From IMG/VR virus record IMGVR_UViG_3300031994_000007: a stretch of 64,000 nucleotides of DNA; one strand, given 5' to 3'. Below are positions 1 through 14,222 of this stretch, one piece after another (within the stretch, counting starts at the first letter, position 1; every line of letters begins with the position of its first letter). The translations under genes and the position numbers were made by a program. Source of the stretch: a virus. Below the pieces are notes generated by a model. The model was not told where the DNA came from, searched no databases, and was given only the letters and a program-made list of their open reading frames with translations.

Positions 1-2638
1 AGAACCAGCCCCAATCACTATGGCTTACTTTATCTGCATCTTTTTTATTTGTTGCTGACTTAAATTTAGTTTTAAAATTTCTACGAGGGTATGCCTAAGA
101 AGATGTGCCCTATACATTAATTCCAACACCAATAGCAACATAACTTGGGGAATGTGTTTTATAAAATTGAGCTGAAATTAATCCTTTTTCATAGGCACGA
201 TCTAAAACAGGATTTGTAAAAGTTATTTTACAATATCTGTCATTTCCTTTAAAATAAGGTAATTTATCATCATTTTCAGCATGTGGGCCTTTATTTGGAT
301 CATTAAAACCAGAACCATTATCAATAATTTCCCATACAGCATATGGCATAGATGGATTATCTGGATATAATTCATTATATTTTAATAATTTTGAATATAA
401 TAAAATAGTTCCATCAGTTTCATCTGTTAACTAATTTTGATCATATAAAGCTACATCATGAATATCAGCAATATAATTATGAATAACATCTGGCATTGAA
501 AGTTCAGTACGATATATTCTAAGTTTAAAGATATCAACATCACAAAATTCAGAATTAATTTCAAATTTATTATTATCCATTTTAAAAGATGGAGTAGAAC
601 TTAAATCTAATGCGCCACTTAAAATACCATTTAAATAAATGGATAATAAATTACTTGATTTAGAAATTACAAAACCTAAATTAATAATTTCATCTTCTTT
701 ATATCGGACATTAGCAATTGCCAATGGTGTACGAAAATAAGCTTCCTAAGTACCAATACAAAAACCAAAACCTTGATTATTTAAATATTTAAAAATAACT
801 CCGGCTGTGTCACTAATTGTTTTTGGGGATCCTTTATCCATTTCTGGGTTGCCATCTGTATCTACTTTTATTGTGTAATGATTTGCTGCTATCTCAGCTA
901 ATGTATAAGAATTAGTGTTTTCTTCTACATAATAATAAGGAATTGTTTTAATTAAAGTAGAATATTCTTGAATATTTCTTACTCTAAATCTAATTTCAAA
1001 AGAATAATTATTTTCATTACCACTTAATGTAAAAGTATCTAAATTAACATCTACGCTCGCTCCATTAGATACTGATAAATAAGAACCATTTCCATCATCA
1101 TCATTTAACCAACCATTATTATACCAGTTGAAATTTTTAAAAGTAGTATTATAATTATTGAAACTCCAATTGTTACGAGAAGTTGTTGTTTCATTATTTG
1201 ATCTACCAGTAGAGTTTAGATTTAAAATTAAGCTATTCTTATTTACTAAACCTAAATCACGAGCTCCTTCAGTGGTTACAATAATACTTATATTTTCAGT
1301 AGTACTTCCACAAGTAAAAGTAAAAATATTTTCTTTTTCTGGATCAACACCTTCGCTTGCTTCATATAAATTAGTGACATCTAATTTTATCCAAGTTGAA
1401 GCATTATAAGAAACTTCCATCGGCGAAGCAGGAATTTGACTACCGTTTTTATAGATATAAACTTTAGATTTAGTTGAATTAGCTTCTTTATCAGGATCAT
1501 AAATCATGAAAGGAATAACACATTCATTATAATTTATAACCTTTTTTTCATATTCCCCAAACCAAATAATAGGGACTTTTGAATTAATATCACGCCAAGC
1601 TAAATCATAAGAAATATAATCAGAATAAAGATCTACCCCACTAATTTTAGTAGACATTCTCAATTTAATATTATGTGCTCCATGAGTTTGTTCTGGAATC
1701 ATAACAGTATAAGTTGAATTTCCAGTAGGTTTAAAAGATATAAATTGCTTATTTCTTTCATCACTCGTCAATTTTAACTCACGATCATCATCAATTAATA
1801 CATGTAAAGTCTAATTTAATCCATTATAAACTGGAATAAATGAAATTCCTATTTCTCCTGTCCTAATTGCAGTTGGATTAAAAGTAGAATCTTTTTTAAT
1901 TCCAAGCTCAACAGTAGAAATATCTCCTAAAATACGTCTAATACGAGAATCATTAATTCCCATATTAGAATTAACAGATGATGCTCTAACCGTAATAGTG
2001 ATATCATTACCTTTTGGAAGACGAGCCGTATCAAATAAATAAGTTTCTCCGCTATTTATTTTTTCACTAAAACTTTCATACTGTTCTCCTTTTTGGGTAA
2101 TAACAAAAGTTAAAGTAATTTGAGTATCAACATCAGATGTGGCAGTAAATTTAGCATATGAAGTTTGACCATAAATATATGTAAAACCAGAATCAATACT
2201 TGTATTGTCATAAGATAAATAAGTATCCTAAGATGATACGTTAGTTCCTCCGCCACTACCACTGCCACTAACAGCAATTAATTCTCCAATTACATATCCA
2301 TTATCTATTTGCATTACACGGAAAAAACGTCCATCGGAATTTAAAATTAAGGCATCTTTTTTTGGTAAAATTTGGTCATCAAAAGCAGATTGCTAAATAT
2401 TATAAGTTTGATCAGCATCGTCATCTGTTGCTTTAGTAATAGTTTCATCTGTCCCATGAGCCCAGATGAATCCAGTAGAACTATCAGAATTCCCACCATT
2501 ACTCATAAGATAACGACCGCCAGATTTATCTAAATAAATTTTTCCAGTATCATATGCAAAATAAATATATCCTTCATTAATTGGCATCTATTTAATTTTG
2601 CTTTCAGTCCCTCTCACTGGTTGAAAAATTTCTGCCAT
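1..2638 (-). CDS. tail fiber / receptor-binding protein C (partial, continues beyond window start); concanavalin/LamG-like domain near C-terminal part; requires read-through of in-frame TAG
   Basis: RBS GAGAAAGGAG 7 nt upstream of ATG at 2638. N-terminal motif (IYFAYDTGKIYLD) shared with fibers A and B. Single frame with TAGs at 2585, 2393, 2228, 1811, 746, 431, 110. LamG-like 'LSIYLNGILSGALDLSS...FKLRIYRTELS' at 431-724. Confidence 0.6.
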
Positions 2639-2674
2639 TTGTAATGCTCCTTTCTCTAAAAATATAATAAAAAT

Positions 2675-2707
2675 AAGGGAAAGAAATATTAAAATTTTCT
2701 TTCCCTT
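2675..2707 (-). terminator. intrinsic terminator hairpin between fiber B and fiber C
   Basis: AAGGGAAAGAAA-loop-TTTCTTTCCCTT 12-bp stem. T-rich on minus strand side after fiber B stop (2783). Confidence 0.5.
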
Positions 2708-2782
2708 TATATAATATTTCCTTCGCTAAAATATGAAAATTTGTTTTTCTATTTTAAAGGAAGTTGTCCTTTTTATAAGGTA

Positions 2783-4528
2783 TTAAGCAAAAGATTCCCA
2801 CTCTAAATTCATTTTTAAAGTATTATCAAGATCAGAAGTAGTAGAAGGAGTTACTCTATATAATTTTAAATTATCAGAAGTTAATCTTAAATTTAAATTA
2901 ACAGAATTACCTTCTTGTTCTGATAAAGCAAAATTAGCACCATAAATACCCATATTATCTGCAACAGTAGAAGTATATTCTAAGTCTTGTAAAGTGGGAT
3001 GAGTATCTTGTACAGTATATTCAACAGTACTAATTGAAGCAATATGTCCCTAAGGATCTAAACTAATTGCTGAAATTGTTGGAATTGTTAAAGAACCTTT
3101 TTTACTCTGTACTCTTCCATTAGTACTAGTAGCTGCTTCATAAGTACGAGCTGTCCCAGTCCCAGGAGCACCATGAGTAATTTGAAAATTCATTTCAGCA
3201 TTGTTAGTACCTGTACCAGTAGCTGTAATATTAATTTTAGCATTATTATTATTGCTATCTTCAGTAAAACTAATACTACTTAAAGTTGCATCACTATTAT
3301 AATGGTCTTCAAAAATTAAAGCTTTATTTGCTACATTACCAGTGAATTTAATAAATTGATCGTCACCAGAAGGAATAACTTTCCAAACAATAGTATCATT
3401 TGTTTTATCTTCTTCAGCAATAATTAAATCACCAGTTTTTGCATTTACCACACCAGTTAAATTAATATCACAACCAGCTTTATATGTGTAACCTGGTTTA
3501 TTTGTTCCAGTAAGGGCATTAGTTGCATCAGTTAAATTTTCTAATACTCCTTTAAATTTCATGCCATCGAATTCAGCTTCTTTAGCATCAAAAAGAGCAT
3601 CAATTTCAGCTCTAGAATAAACGCTCAAATGAGCAGTAGGATCTTCTCCAACAGCTCCAATAAACACTTTAGATTCTAATTTAGCGCCCTCACCATAGGT
3701 AATAACTGGAGTAATTCCTTGTGAATCAATATCACTTTCTCCGCCTTTAAAAGAGATTTTGCTAGAAAAGACTCCTTGATCAGAGAAATTATTTGTAATT
3801 GATTGAATATCAGAATGACTAGTAATATTGATATTTCCATTTGCATCACTTGTAATATGGGTGCCGCCACCGCCATTAAATGTTACGTCATCTGTGTCCT
3901 TTGATCCCTATACGCCTAAATGTAAATAACCTGCATTTTGATTATTTTCAGTTGCGGTAGTAGACATAACATAAACTGTAGCATGGTCATTATCTGCACT
4001 AATAACAATTTCATTACCAGCATTCAATGCTAAATGAACATTAGCGCCACCTTTTAAAGTAAAATTACCAGTAGCAGAACGAGATGCATTTTTGCCAGCT
4101 TCCTCTACAGTGGTAGTAATTTGAACTCCATATGTTTCAGCATCGCCGCCGTCAGAAGCCTCAACAGCTTCACTAGAGCTTTTTAATCTTGTATCTGGAT
4201 TAATTTGAATCCATCCATTAGTATCACCAAGTCCAGTATAAACAGCTAAAATATTCTGACTAGACCAATAATAAAAATCTCCAGTTTTTAAATTAGGATT
4301 TGTTGTGCTATCTGGTAAAGTCTCACCTTGAGGAACAATATGAATAAATTGATTTAATTCAACTAATTTATTATTTGCTTGAGCAAAATATAAACGATTT
4401 GTATCTTCAGTTAAATAAAAAGCACCGGCTTTAAATACACCTTGAGCACTACTAGCATTATTAGTTATTAAAGTATCTAATGCACTTTGTGTGCCTCTTT
4501 TAAAATATACATTCATAGGATTAGCCAT
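2783..4528 (-). CDS. tail fiber protein B (581 codons, TAG read-through required)
   Basis: RBS GAGAGGAGA before ATG 4528. N-term 'YFKRGTQSALDTL...GAFYLTEDTNRLYFAQ' resembles the phage hyaluronidase/tail-fibre N-terminal motif. Frame continuous through TAGs at 3908, 3050 and others. Terminal TAA at 2783. Confidence 0.65.
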
Positions 4529-4556
4529 TTAATAATATCTCCTCTCATTATAAATA

Positions 4557-5612
4557 TTATCCATTATTTTCTTCAGAAGAACCATTTTCATCTAATTCAG
4601 CCCATTTTAATTCTTCTTTTAAGCTAATAATTTCATCAATAACAGTAGTGGTTTCTTTACCAGTAGCATCAAGTAATTTAGATAAATCTCCTACTTCATT
4701 GGTATAGCGTTCAATAGTTAAATAATTATCAGTAATACTTTGTAAGTTGTTTGATAAATTATGTAACTAAGTATTTAAATCACCAACTGCATTGTTAAAA
4801 TTTTCAGTTGTGACATAATTATTTAAATTAATGTCAGAGCCGCCTACTTTTTCATATTTCCCATTAATAACCATATACTCAGTATATGAATTATCTCCAT
4901 CTTCATTATCATTAGGAACTAAGAAAATTGTATTATTTAATTCACCAACATCTTCGATCTCAGGTAAAGTTGGAGTAATTTCATACTGACGCTAATTGAC
5001 TCCTTTAATGGCAGCTGCAATTTTTCCATCAACAGCTTCTAATCCATCCTATAAATCACTAATATTGGTTTTAATTGTTGTAATTTCATTTTCAAGTGAT
5101 GTTACTCGATTATCAATAGATTCACCTATTAATAATTCCCATTGCTCCCCATTATAAAGATAAGGGACTCCATCAACAAATGAAATATCTCCAGCGTTTG
5201 GAGAACTATTTATTCTGTTTAAACACTCATTTAAAGTTTCATCTTCTTGCTATTGAGTATCTTTAATAATAATAGACCCAGCATTAGGGGAGAAATGCGC
5301 ATCTTTAAGAGCCTGAACAAGAGAAGTTGAAACCCATTTATTCTCTGTTATATCATATTGTAAAATATAACCATCTGCTAAATCATTTGTGATATTTAAA
5401 TCACTTAAATTAGATAAGGTTAAATTTTCTAATACATTGTTTATTCCACTAATTAATGTTTTCCCTAAATATAAAGAACCATTTTTTTCTAAATTATTAG
5501 GGTCTTGAATAAAATATAAAGCATTATCTTCTAAATGATTAGCCGCTTTTAATCTATCATATGCAGCTTGAGAACCACGCTAAAATTTTACATACTTATT
5601 AATCTCCGCCAT
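4557..5612 (-). CDS. tail fiber protein A (351 aa, 5 in-frame TAG)
   Basis: RBS AAAGGGGT. N-term 'MAEINKYVKF*RGSQAAYDRL' parallels fiber B 'VYFKRGTQSALDTL', so TAG aligns with K/Q. Terminal TAA 4557-4559. Confidence 0.6.
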
Positions 5613-5647
5613 TGTACTTTTTACCCCTTTCTTTTTATTTTATTTTT

Positions 5648-5686
5648 CCTATAATTAATTAAAAAAAATTTTTAATTAATTATAGG
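5648..5686. repeat. perfect palindrome / bidirectional terminator-like hairpin
   Basis: CCTATAATTAATTAAAAA|AAATTTTTAATTAATTATAGG inverted repeat between the 1605-aa gene and fiber A. Confidence 0.5.
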
Positions 5687-5776
5687 AACATGGCCAAATC
5701 AAGGGAAGTCCAATGTGAATATCTTTTGTTAGTTCATAATATAGATTAATTACATCTACATTTTTAAATGTATTAT

Positions 5777-8700
5777 TTAAGGATTGTCGCTATCAGTATT
5801 ATTAAAATAAAATATAATTGTTTTATCATTATAACCAGTAAATTCAAATAAAGATGTTTTTCCAGCTAATAAACTATCTGCATTAACCCAATATAAAATA
5901 TGTCCTTGTTTAAGATTGAAGCTTGTAGCAATATCAATATCTTCAACTTTTAATTCAATATTATTAAAGTTCATATCTTCAATAGAATATAATCCAGTAT
6001 TAATATCTAATAGAATCCACTTGCCCTCATCTGCTGGAATCTTTTCATTACCTACAATTAAAGTATTTAATGCATATTTATTTAAAGAACTATAAGAACC
6101 AGTTAATGTAATTTCATTATTACTTTGACTAATAATAATATTATCCTAATTATCTTGAGCTAATTTAATAATTTCAGTATTATCAGTTAATAAAGAAGAA
6201 GACACTGTAGTAACTTTTTTAACACTAATATCCATATCTAATTTATTACTATTTGTATTAATAGCTTGTAATAAAACTTTAGTTTCTTTATAACCAAGAG
6301 CATTAATTGTTAATACTTTCTAACGGAATAAATCTTCAATAGCATACCATAATATAACGCAACTTTTTGGTAAAGAATATTCGCTAGTAAAATCTTCATC
6401 ATCTTTAGTTAATATTCTATCATTAATACTTACTCCAATAATAGAATCAAGACCAAAGTCAATTGTAATACCAATCCACCTATAAGGAGCATTATTTTGA
6501 ATATCATTATCAAAAACATAAGGAGTAAGATTCTAAAAATTACCTTCGATAATAAAGCTATTAAGATTTTCATTTTCTTTTCTAACTGTGATACGATTCT
6601 AATTCTATTGAGCGACCTAACTATTAATATTATTATTAGCAATAAGATTAACTCTTTGAACATCAATATCTAAAGTATTCTATTTAAAACAAAGATTTAT
6701 AGTTTTATCATAATAATTTTCACTTTCTAAAATAATAGTTGTACCATTTAAAATATCTTCAGCATTAACCCAATAAGCAATATGCCCATTATGAAGCCCA
6801 TAAGCAATAGCAAAATCAGCATCTTCTTCAGTTAAAACTGTCCCATTTATTTTTGTTCCAACAATAGTTGGTAAACCAGTATTAATATCTAATCCAATCC
6901 AAAAACCTTCAACCTAATCTAAGTTAGTAGGCGTAAATTTATTCATGGCTGTTAAATCACCAAAAACAACAATATCATTCTCAGTCTAAGTAACAGTAAT
7001 TAAATCCTAATTCTACTATGACACAATTTGATTATCATCAGCTAAAGAAGTCATGATTTTATTAATAACTACATTCATTTCATTAATATTATTTGTTGTG
7101 TCAACAAATTTTAACATTAAATAAAAATCATGGTATTTATCAGATTTAACAACAAAGGTATTCATCGCTTCACCATTTAATTCTTCTATATTAACCCAAA
7201 GCAACAAATGTTTTTCGTCTAACCCAGCTGCAATACTCTATTGAACATCATCTTCTGTATATACTTTCTCATTAATTGTCGCATCTTTAATAGTTAATAA
7301 ATCTGTTTCAATATCTAATAATATCCATTTGCCAAGTCCATAATCTGATAAAGTAAAATCATTTAAACGTTTTAAATCACCAATAATTAAATAATCAGTT
7401 GAGTTATATTTTACTACATCTGTTAATCTCTAATTTTTCTAAGATTTATTATAATTTATATCTGTTTCTGGTAAAATAGTATCATTAATTTTATTAACCT
7501 AGATTTTCATAACTCTAATATCATTAAATTTTATTAATAAAACATAATCACTAAAACCAGAAGATTTAATCAAATAACTTTTTGTATTCTATAAAACTTT
7601 AACATCTTCCCAAATCACAATATGGCCCGCTGGTAAACCTAATGCAGTGGCTTCAGACTCATCTTCTTCAGTAAGTTCTTTATTATTAATTGATGCTCCT
7701 ACAATAGTGGATAATCCAGTATCAATATCTATTCCAATCCAATGGCCAAAAGAACTTGTTTCTCCATTAGGAGTTATATCATAAAGATTTAACTTATCAA
7801 GATTTCCTTCGATTAATACAGTTTTTCCATCTTTTGGATCTAAATAAGTATTGACTATTTTCTAATTCTCTAAAGCTTCTTCCATATTTTCATTATTTGG
7901 AACAGTTGTTAAAAGATTAACTCTAACATTCATTAAAATATCTGAAATATCATTAATACTATTAAATCTAACATTTAGAGCTATTGGATCATATCCTGGA
8001 ATAGAAAAATTAATTTTTTGTTCTGTAAGATAATCAAAAACTTTAATCCATAAAGCAATATGACCTGGAATTAAGTTTGATGCTGTGGCTTTAGCCACAT
8101 CTGTATCATCTAACTAACGTCCATTTACTATTATATTTTTTATATCTCTCTATCCAGTTTTAATATCTAATCCTACCCATTTTGATTCAACCTCATCTAA
8201 AGAGAAACTTCTTAATTTATTGATATTACCATATATTAATATATCATTATTATATTGAGAAATAGAAATACTATCTTGATTCTATTTTGATGCTCCAAAA
8301 TTCGCATCATTAGGAACTACTAAAATTTTATTAACTTTTAGATTTACAGTATTTGTAAGATCAATATTACCTTTAGAAGTATTCATTAACTACCAAGTAT
8401 CAAAATTAATATTATAATGTCCATCAATAAAATCTGAAGATACTTTTGTATCTGTATAACTATATGTTGTTTTAGCTTTATTAACAGCTATGGCTCTACC
8501 ACGTTCATCTACCCAATAACCGCCAGATAAATCAGCCAATGATTCATTTGGATAAGTTATATACTTAGTTGCATAGCCACCGACAGTATAAGGTTTGTTT
8601 AAAATCATTGGAGTATTGGTATCGCCATTATTATCAGCAGTCCAATCATTATATAAATAATAACTAATTTCTCCTGTTAATGGGTTAGTTTCTTTAAACA

Positions 8701-10594
8701 AATCAATTAGAATATTAGCTAAACCAATTGAGTTATTTTTTAAGACATCTTGTAGTTCTGGGACCTAATTCATCCAATCTAAATTAGGATCATCTTCCCC
8801 ATTTGGAATTCTCATAGTCCATGTAATTGGTTTTCCTTGTCTTATATCATACAAAAAAGCATATCCATCATTGGCATTAGGTTCTGTTGTTGGAAGATCA
8901 ATTATTCTATTATCATTCGTGCAAAACTTAGCGACAATAAAATTTGGGCTTATTTTTTTGCCATATAATAAAGACCAAGGCTTAATAATCTAGTTGAATT
9001 CAGTAGCAGACCAAGTTCCATCCTAATTTTCTGATTCTAAAGTACCTGATATTTCAATTTTTTCTGGGAGAGCGTTAGGATCATTTCTATTTTTTAATGT
9101 TACATATTCATCTTCACCATCATTATTCACTACAGTAAGATAGTTATGAAATTGTGTTGTTCTAGAAAATTTTCTGAAATAAGGACGTAAAATTCCTTTA
9201 CGAAGATCTTCCTCGTCTTCTGGTTCAGGAAAACCATAAATTAAATCATACAAAATCTTCATTGTATTCCCAATAGACGGGAAATTTAAATATAACTGTT
9301 TGCGATTTACATCAGTAACTGATTTTAATCTAGCTAATGTATTGCCCAAAGCATCTTTACTTTCAACAGGCTCTAAATTTGAACCTAATGTTAATATTTT
9401 TTCATAATCATCTAATCCACTTGGAATAAATGCTAAAGCTGTTTGCCCATTATCTAAATTATAACTATAAGCCATATTGAAGCCATTTTTATTATAATTT
9501 ACAGTATTGTTGCTAGCTTCTACCTCTAAAAGATGCGGATAATGCATTAAAAATCTTTGTTCAGTATCCATAACTGAATCAAAATAAGCTTGATTATATT
9601 TTTCTTTAGCATTTACCAATTTAACAATTTCAAATTCATTTGTTACAGGATCAATTCTTCCTGTAACGATTCTATCGTCAGCATCAACACCATCATCAAG
9701 TTCATAAGTTAATGGCGCTTCTTCTTTAAGATCAAACTATGGAGCTCTAGCATTAAGTTCAGCTACCATAATATATTTATCAATAACAATATTTCCTTGC
9801 TAAATATAAGTTTTTTGCCATACAGTAGAATCGTAAGTTGCTCCATAGTAAGTTAAATCTGTTCTTTCATGGGCTCTAAAACTTGAATTTTCTTGAATAA
9901 TTGAATTTTTAAAAGCATCCTAATAAGCCGGTGGCCCAGCCATAGTTTTATAATAATCAGAAAATTCTGCATTTATTTCATTTAATTTACTAAAAATTTT
10001 ATTCTAAAAATAAGTTTTAAATTTATCATAAGATCCATCGCCATTAATAATTAAATTTCTTAAAGAATTATTTAAATTATTAACAGTAAAAAAATCTTCA
10101 AAACTATCTCTTGTATATACATTGCCCTAAAGGACATAATTTTCCCATTCTTCCTAAGATAATGGTGTAAAACGAACATAATTATCATTATACTTAATAT
10201 AATATATAGTATTAGCGCTATATTCTCCAACAGTATATACACGATTATAAATAGTTGGAAAAATCTCTAATAATTTATCATAACTGTCTTTGCCAACAAT
10301 ATTATTCTCTTTTGTCAACAGACTAAATGTTTCCTATAATTCAATTACATCTTTAATTTTATTATAATATTTCTATTTTGCCTCATCTAAGTAACTATTT
10401 AATTTATTAATATAAGTAATAGAACTTCCAGGTGATGTATTTTTATAACGTTCACCATACTCGACTAATACATAACGACCAGCATAAACACCATCTGTTT
10501 TAGCAGCCTCATCCATTTCTTTTCTAGTGCTATAAACACGATCAAACTAAAAAGTTGCTGCTCCAATTTTTTTTATATTTCCATATAAACTCAT
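5777..10594 (-). CDS. large tail fiber / receptor-binding protein (1605 codons) containing ~7 tandem ~160-aa repeat domains
   Basis: RBS AAGGAGA. ATG overlaps TGA of the upstream gene (ATGA). One frame through the TAG-bounded fragments 9023, 8390, 7862, 7016, 5777. Repeated motif 'W(I/V)G(L/I)DI(D/N/K)TGL.(T/S)I(V/I)G..IN...LT.EDE..A.A.GL..GHI..W' recurs about 7 times. Terminal TAA 5777. Confidence 0.6.
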
Positions 10595-10938
10595 ACATTC
10601 ATCTCCTTTTGCTCTTCATAAACAATATCTATAATTAAATAGCCATTTGGAAGATTTTTTAATAATTCCATACTGTCCTAATCAATTCGTATATTGTTAA
10701 TAGTAGCTGATGTATTTTTTACATCTAATTCAAAAATTCCTGAATTTCCTACTACAACAGGTTTTAAACTACTATTTAAATAAAATTTTGTTCCAGGAAT
10801 AGTCTAAATACCTAAAGAAATAATTGGAGAATATTTTTTAAAGCTTTCAGAGGTGCAATACCTAGTCCAAGTCCAATCTGGGAAATTATTAGCCGCACCA
10901 TCTTTATAATATCGAAATTGTGCCATTCTTGTTGCCAT
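10591..10938 (-). CDS. hypothetical virion protein (115 aa, 2 in-frame TAG)
   Basis: RBS GGAGGA. ATG 10938. TGA at 10591 overlaps the next ATG. Confidence 0.45.
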
Positions 10939-10955
10939 AAAGGTAATCCTCCTTT

Positions 10956-13900
10956 TTAATTTTTATAAATAATAGTAATAATCAAAAATCCATTCTCTAA
11001 AACATCTAATGTTTTTTTACTATTATCATCTATAGTTAAGCCAGTAACTGCTAATAAATTACTATATTTTTGAGTTGTTTTAAGAATTCGATCTCTTAAA
11101 ACTATATCAAAATTTCCAGTAGGCCCTATAATAAATGGTAACATTTCATGATTGGCACTTGATTTTTTGTCCTAATTGATATATAGTTTTAATCCAGGGA
11201 TCGTCTAAATATGAATAGATTGTATATTCTTATATTTCTCAAAAGTCCATCTATATGGGAACAAAGAAGCTCCATAATTATCTGCATAAATATCTGTAAC
11301 TACTGGAAAATTATACTTTTTTGCGTTAGGATTATTTGCCCCATAATATCTAAACTATGCAATTTTTAAACCCATAATAATATAATAACCTCCTTAATAT
11401 ACACGTTCTGGGACTCTAATCGCGTTAATTGTCATTATACCAGAATAATCTAATGGTAAATTAATTTTATCAATAATATAATAACCATTAATTCCACGAT
11501 TTTCATCCTAAGCAGAAATTAATGTATTTGGTTCTAAATAATAAATAGGAGTCGCAGATAATGTAATTTGTTCATTGCAATAAGCATTATTGTATAATAA
11601 ATCGTCAATAATTTCTTGTATAGTAATACTTCTTGTACTAATACGTATTCTATCATCTTCTATAAACTATGAAAAAATATCTGTATTTATTAAGTAATTA
11701 TACCCAGTTAAAAGACGACCTTTTTCTTCATATTCATTATATAATTTCTAATCTATAAAAATAACATTTGGTACTGAATTATAAATAATAGCTTGACTAT
11801 TCTCATTTTTTATATTTTTTGGACGATCACCTATTGCTGTTACAGAAAATTGTCCTAGTCCTAATGAATCAGCATCAAAAAAATCAAACCAAAAAATTAA
11901 ACTTGATGGATCTAACAAAATATTTTTATTCCATGGCCCTGAATATTTTGTTTCAACAATTTCATTTCCTATTTTAGTATATGTCTCAAAATTCTCAATA
12001 TCAATACTCTAATAACTATTAATACTTGTATTTTTTTTAATTTCAAGTAACTCATCTTCTGGCATATATAAAATACGCCAAAAACCATTTATATCATGAT
12101 AATATTGTTCATATCCAGTTTTCCCTTTTTCATAAGGGCGAACACTTACATATTTATTCATTTTTTTAAAAAAGAATTTTTTATTATTATTACGTTGTAA
12201 CTATGCACTATAATCATCATCATGGTTATGCTAATAATAGTCTTTTGCCATCTAATAGATAACTTCTCTCCAATCTACTAATTTAAAAACTTCATTATTT
12301 AAAATAATATTAGGATAAATATTACTATTTAATGGTAAATCTTGCGTTAAATCTAAGTCTTTATCATTATCATTCTCTATTTCAAAAGAATATTCTAAAC
12401 GAATTGTATCATTAAAATAGTTAATACTCATATAATTAGTGCCATTGTAAGCAGAATAAAAACTAGGTTTTTTATCAATTGCATATCTCGCATGTATAGG
12501 GACTTCTAAACCTGAAGATAATTTTTTTATGCCCCACACGGTAAAATCATTTTTTATTTTTCCAATCTATGGGTTGCTTGAGTAAGTTGTAATAGTACGG
12601 CTTCCTTCAAAATGGTATTTTACATTTGAAGAAACATTATATGGTTCTATATAATACTCATTACGTCCTTCAATATCAATACGGTTATCCCAAGATGTAT
12701 TAACATATGTTTGTTTTGCCTAAAAAATAAATTGTCCTTGAGTATTATAAAAATATTCAAAAATACCAAAAGTTTTAATAATTTTATCTAATATAGAAGT
12801 TACTGTATCTCCTACACCAGCTATTAATTCATCTGGGTAATAAGTTTCAGTTAATTCATATCCAATATCTTCGCCATCAGCAATCTAAATCAAAACATAA
12901 TTACCTTCATAAAACTCTGTCTACTGACCAATATTATTCTCTTGTAAAAAAGTTTGAAAATTTTTTATATTATCTTTTAAATGATACATAGTATGTTTAA
13001 TAAATAAATCATCTTTAAATCCATAAGATAATAAAATCTAATATTCATCATATGAAATAATTGATTCAATTCCAGTGATCTATTTTAAAACAGCTATTAA
13101 AGCTTCATCTTGAAAATTTATAATTTTTTCATCTATTACAATATTATTAATTTTTAAAAAGTTTTGAAAATCTTCAAAAGAATTTATTGTATAAATAATT
13201 TTACTAGTATCATCAGTTTCTATAAATAATTCATTATCTACATTATATTTTAATAATATTTGATAATCATCTTCTGAAATTAAACTTTTTTCATTTTCTA
13301 TTTTTTTTAAAATTTTTGGCAAAGTTTCATTTTCCATTAATAAAAAAGTAGGATGAGTAAAATTGTCAATTAAATTATTATTATCTTCTCCTACTCCAGA
13401 CTAAAAGATAAATCCTTTTTTAAAAATATTAAAATTTACTAATAATTCTGGCTAATTTTTATAATAATATTTATATTTGGGCATAATGGCCCCATCGCTA
13501 GCAAGATCAACAATTTCTTCAGTATCATAATTCTAAATGAAATAAAATGTATTCCTACTATTATTAGTTAACATCTTTAAAGATAATTTGTCAATATCTT
13601 TTACTATAATATTTTGAAAATCTTCCTAAGCATAATGATGTATCATTTCTTTAATAATATAAGATAAAGGTTTTTTTTGATCAACAAAACTTCCATCAGC
13701 ATTAAAAATACGTTCTACATCAAGCTATGTTTCAGTATTAAAAATTCCACCAATATCTCCATTTAACAGACACATTTTATCTTTACCAGTTAATTTAATT
13801 GTATAAGAACTTACTGAAGCAGATGAACGAAAATCTGTTAAAATAAAAATACCCTATGGAAACCAAATAATATCTGGGTACATCTAATAATAATTAGTAA

Positions 13901-14222
13901 TATTATAATTAGTTTTTTCTAATTTTGCAGTTGTAATATTATTCTCAATTCCAATTTCAATTTTTACTCTTGTGGTTAATGACCAATAAATATTATTTAT
14001 ATTTAAATTATTAGTTGTTAAAGTCAAAGAACAAGTACGTCTAACACAGGAGCGTCCATCTAAAGAGATGGACCCCCCTGTAACAATTCCTTCAATTCTT
14101 TCAATAGGATAATTATCTAAAGTTAAAGAGGTAATGCGAGCATATGTTATTTTATTTCTATTTTGATCTAATTGATATAAAAATTCAAAATCTTGCAATG
14201 GAATCTATCTTGCTTTTGTCAT
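10956..14222 (-). CDS. large tail/baseplate protein with distal-tail-protein-like N-terminus (1088 codons, many in-frame TAG)
   Basis: N-term 'ITSLTLDNYPIERIEGIVTGGSISLDGRSCVRRTCSLTL' resembles siphophage tail-component (Dit-type) N-domains. Single frame across fragments 13884, 13080, 12252, 10956. Length is a multiple of 3. Terminal TAA. Confidence 0.5.
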
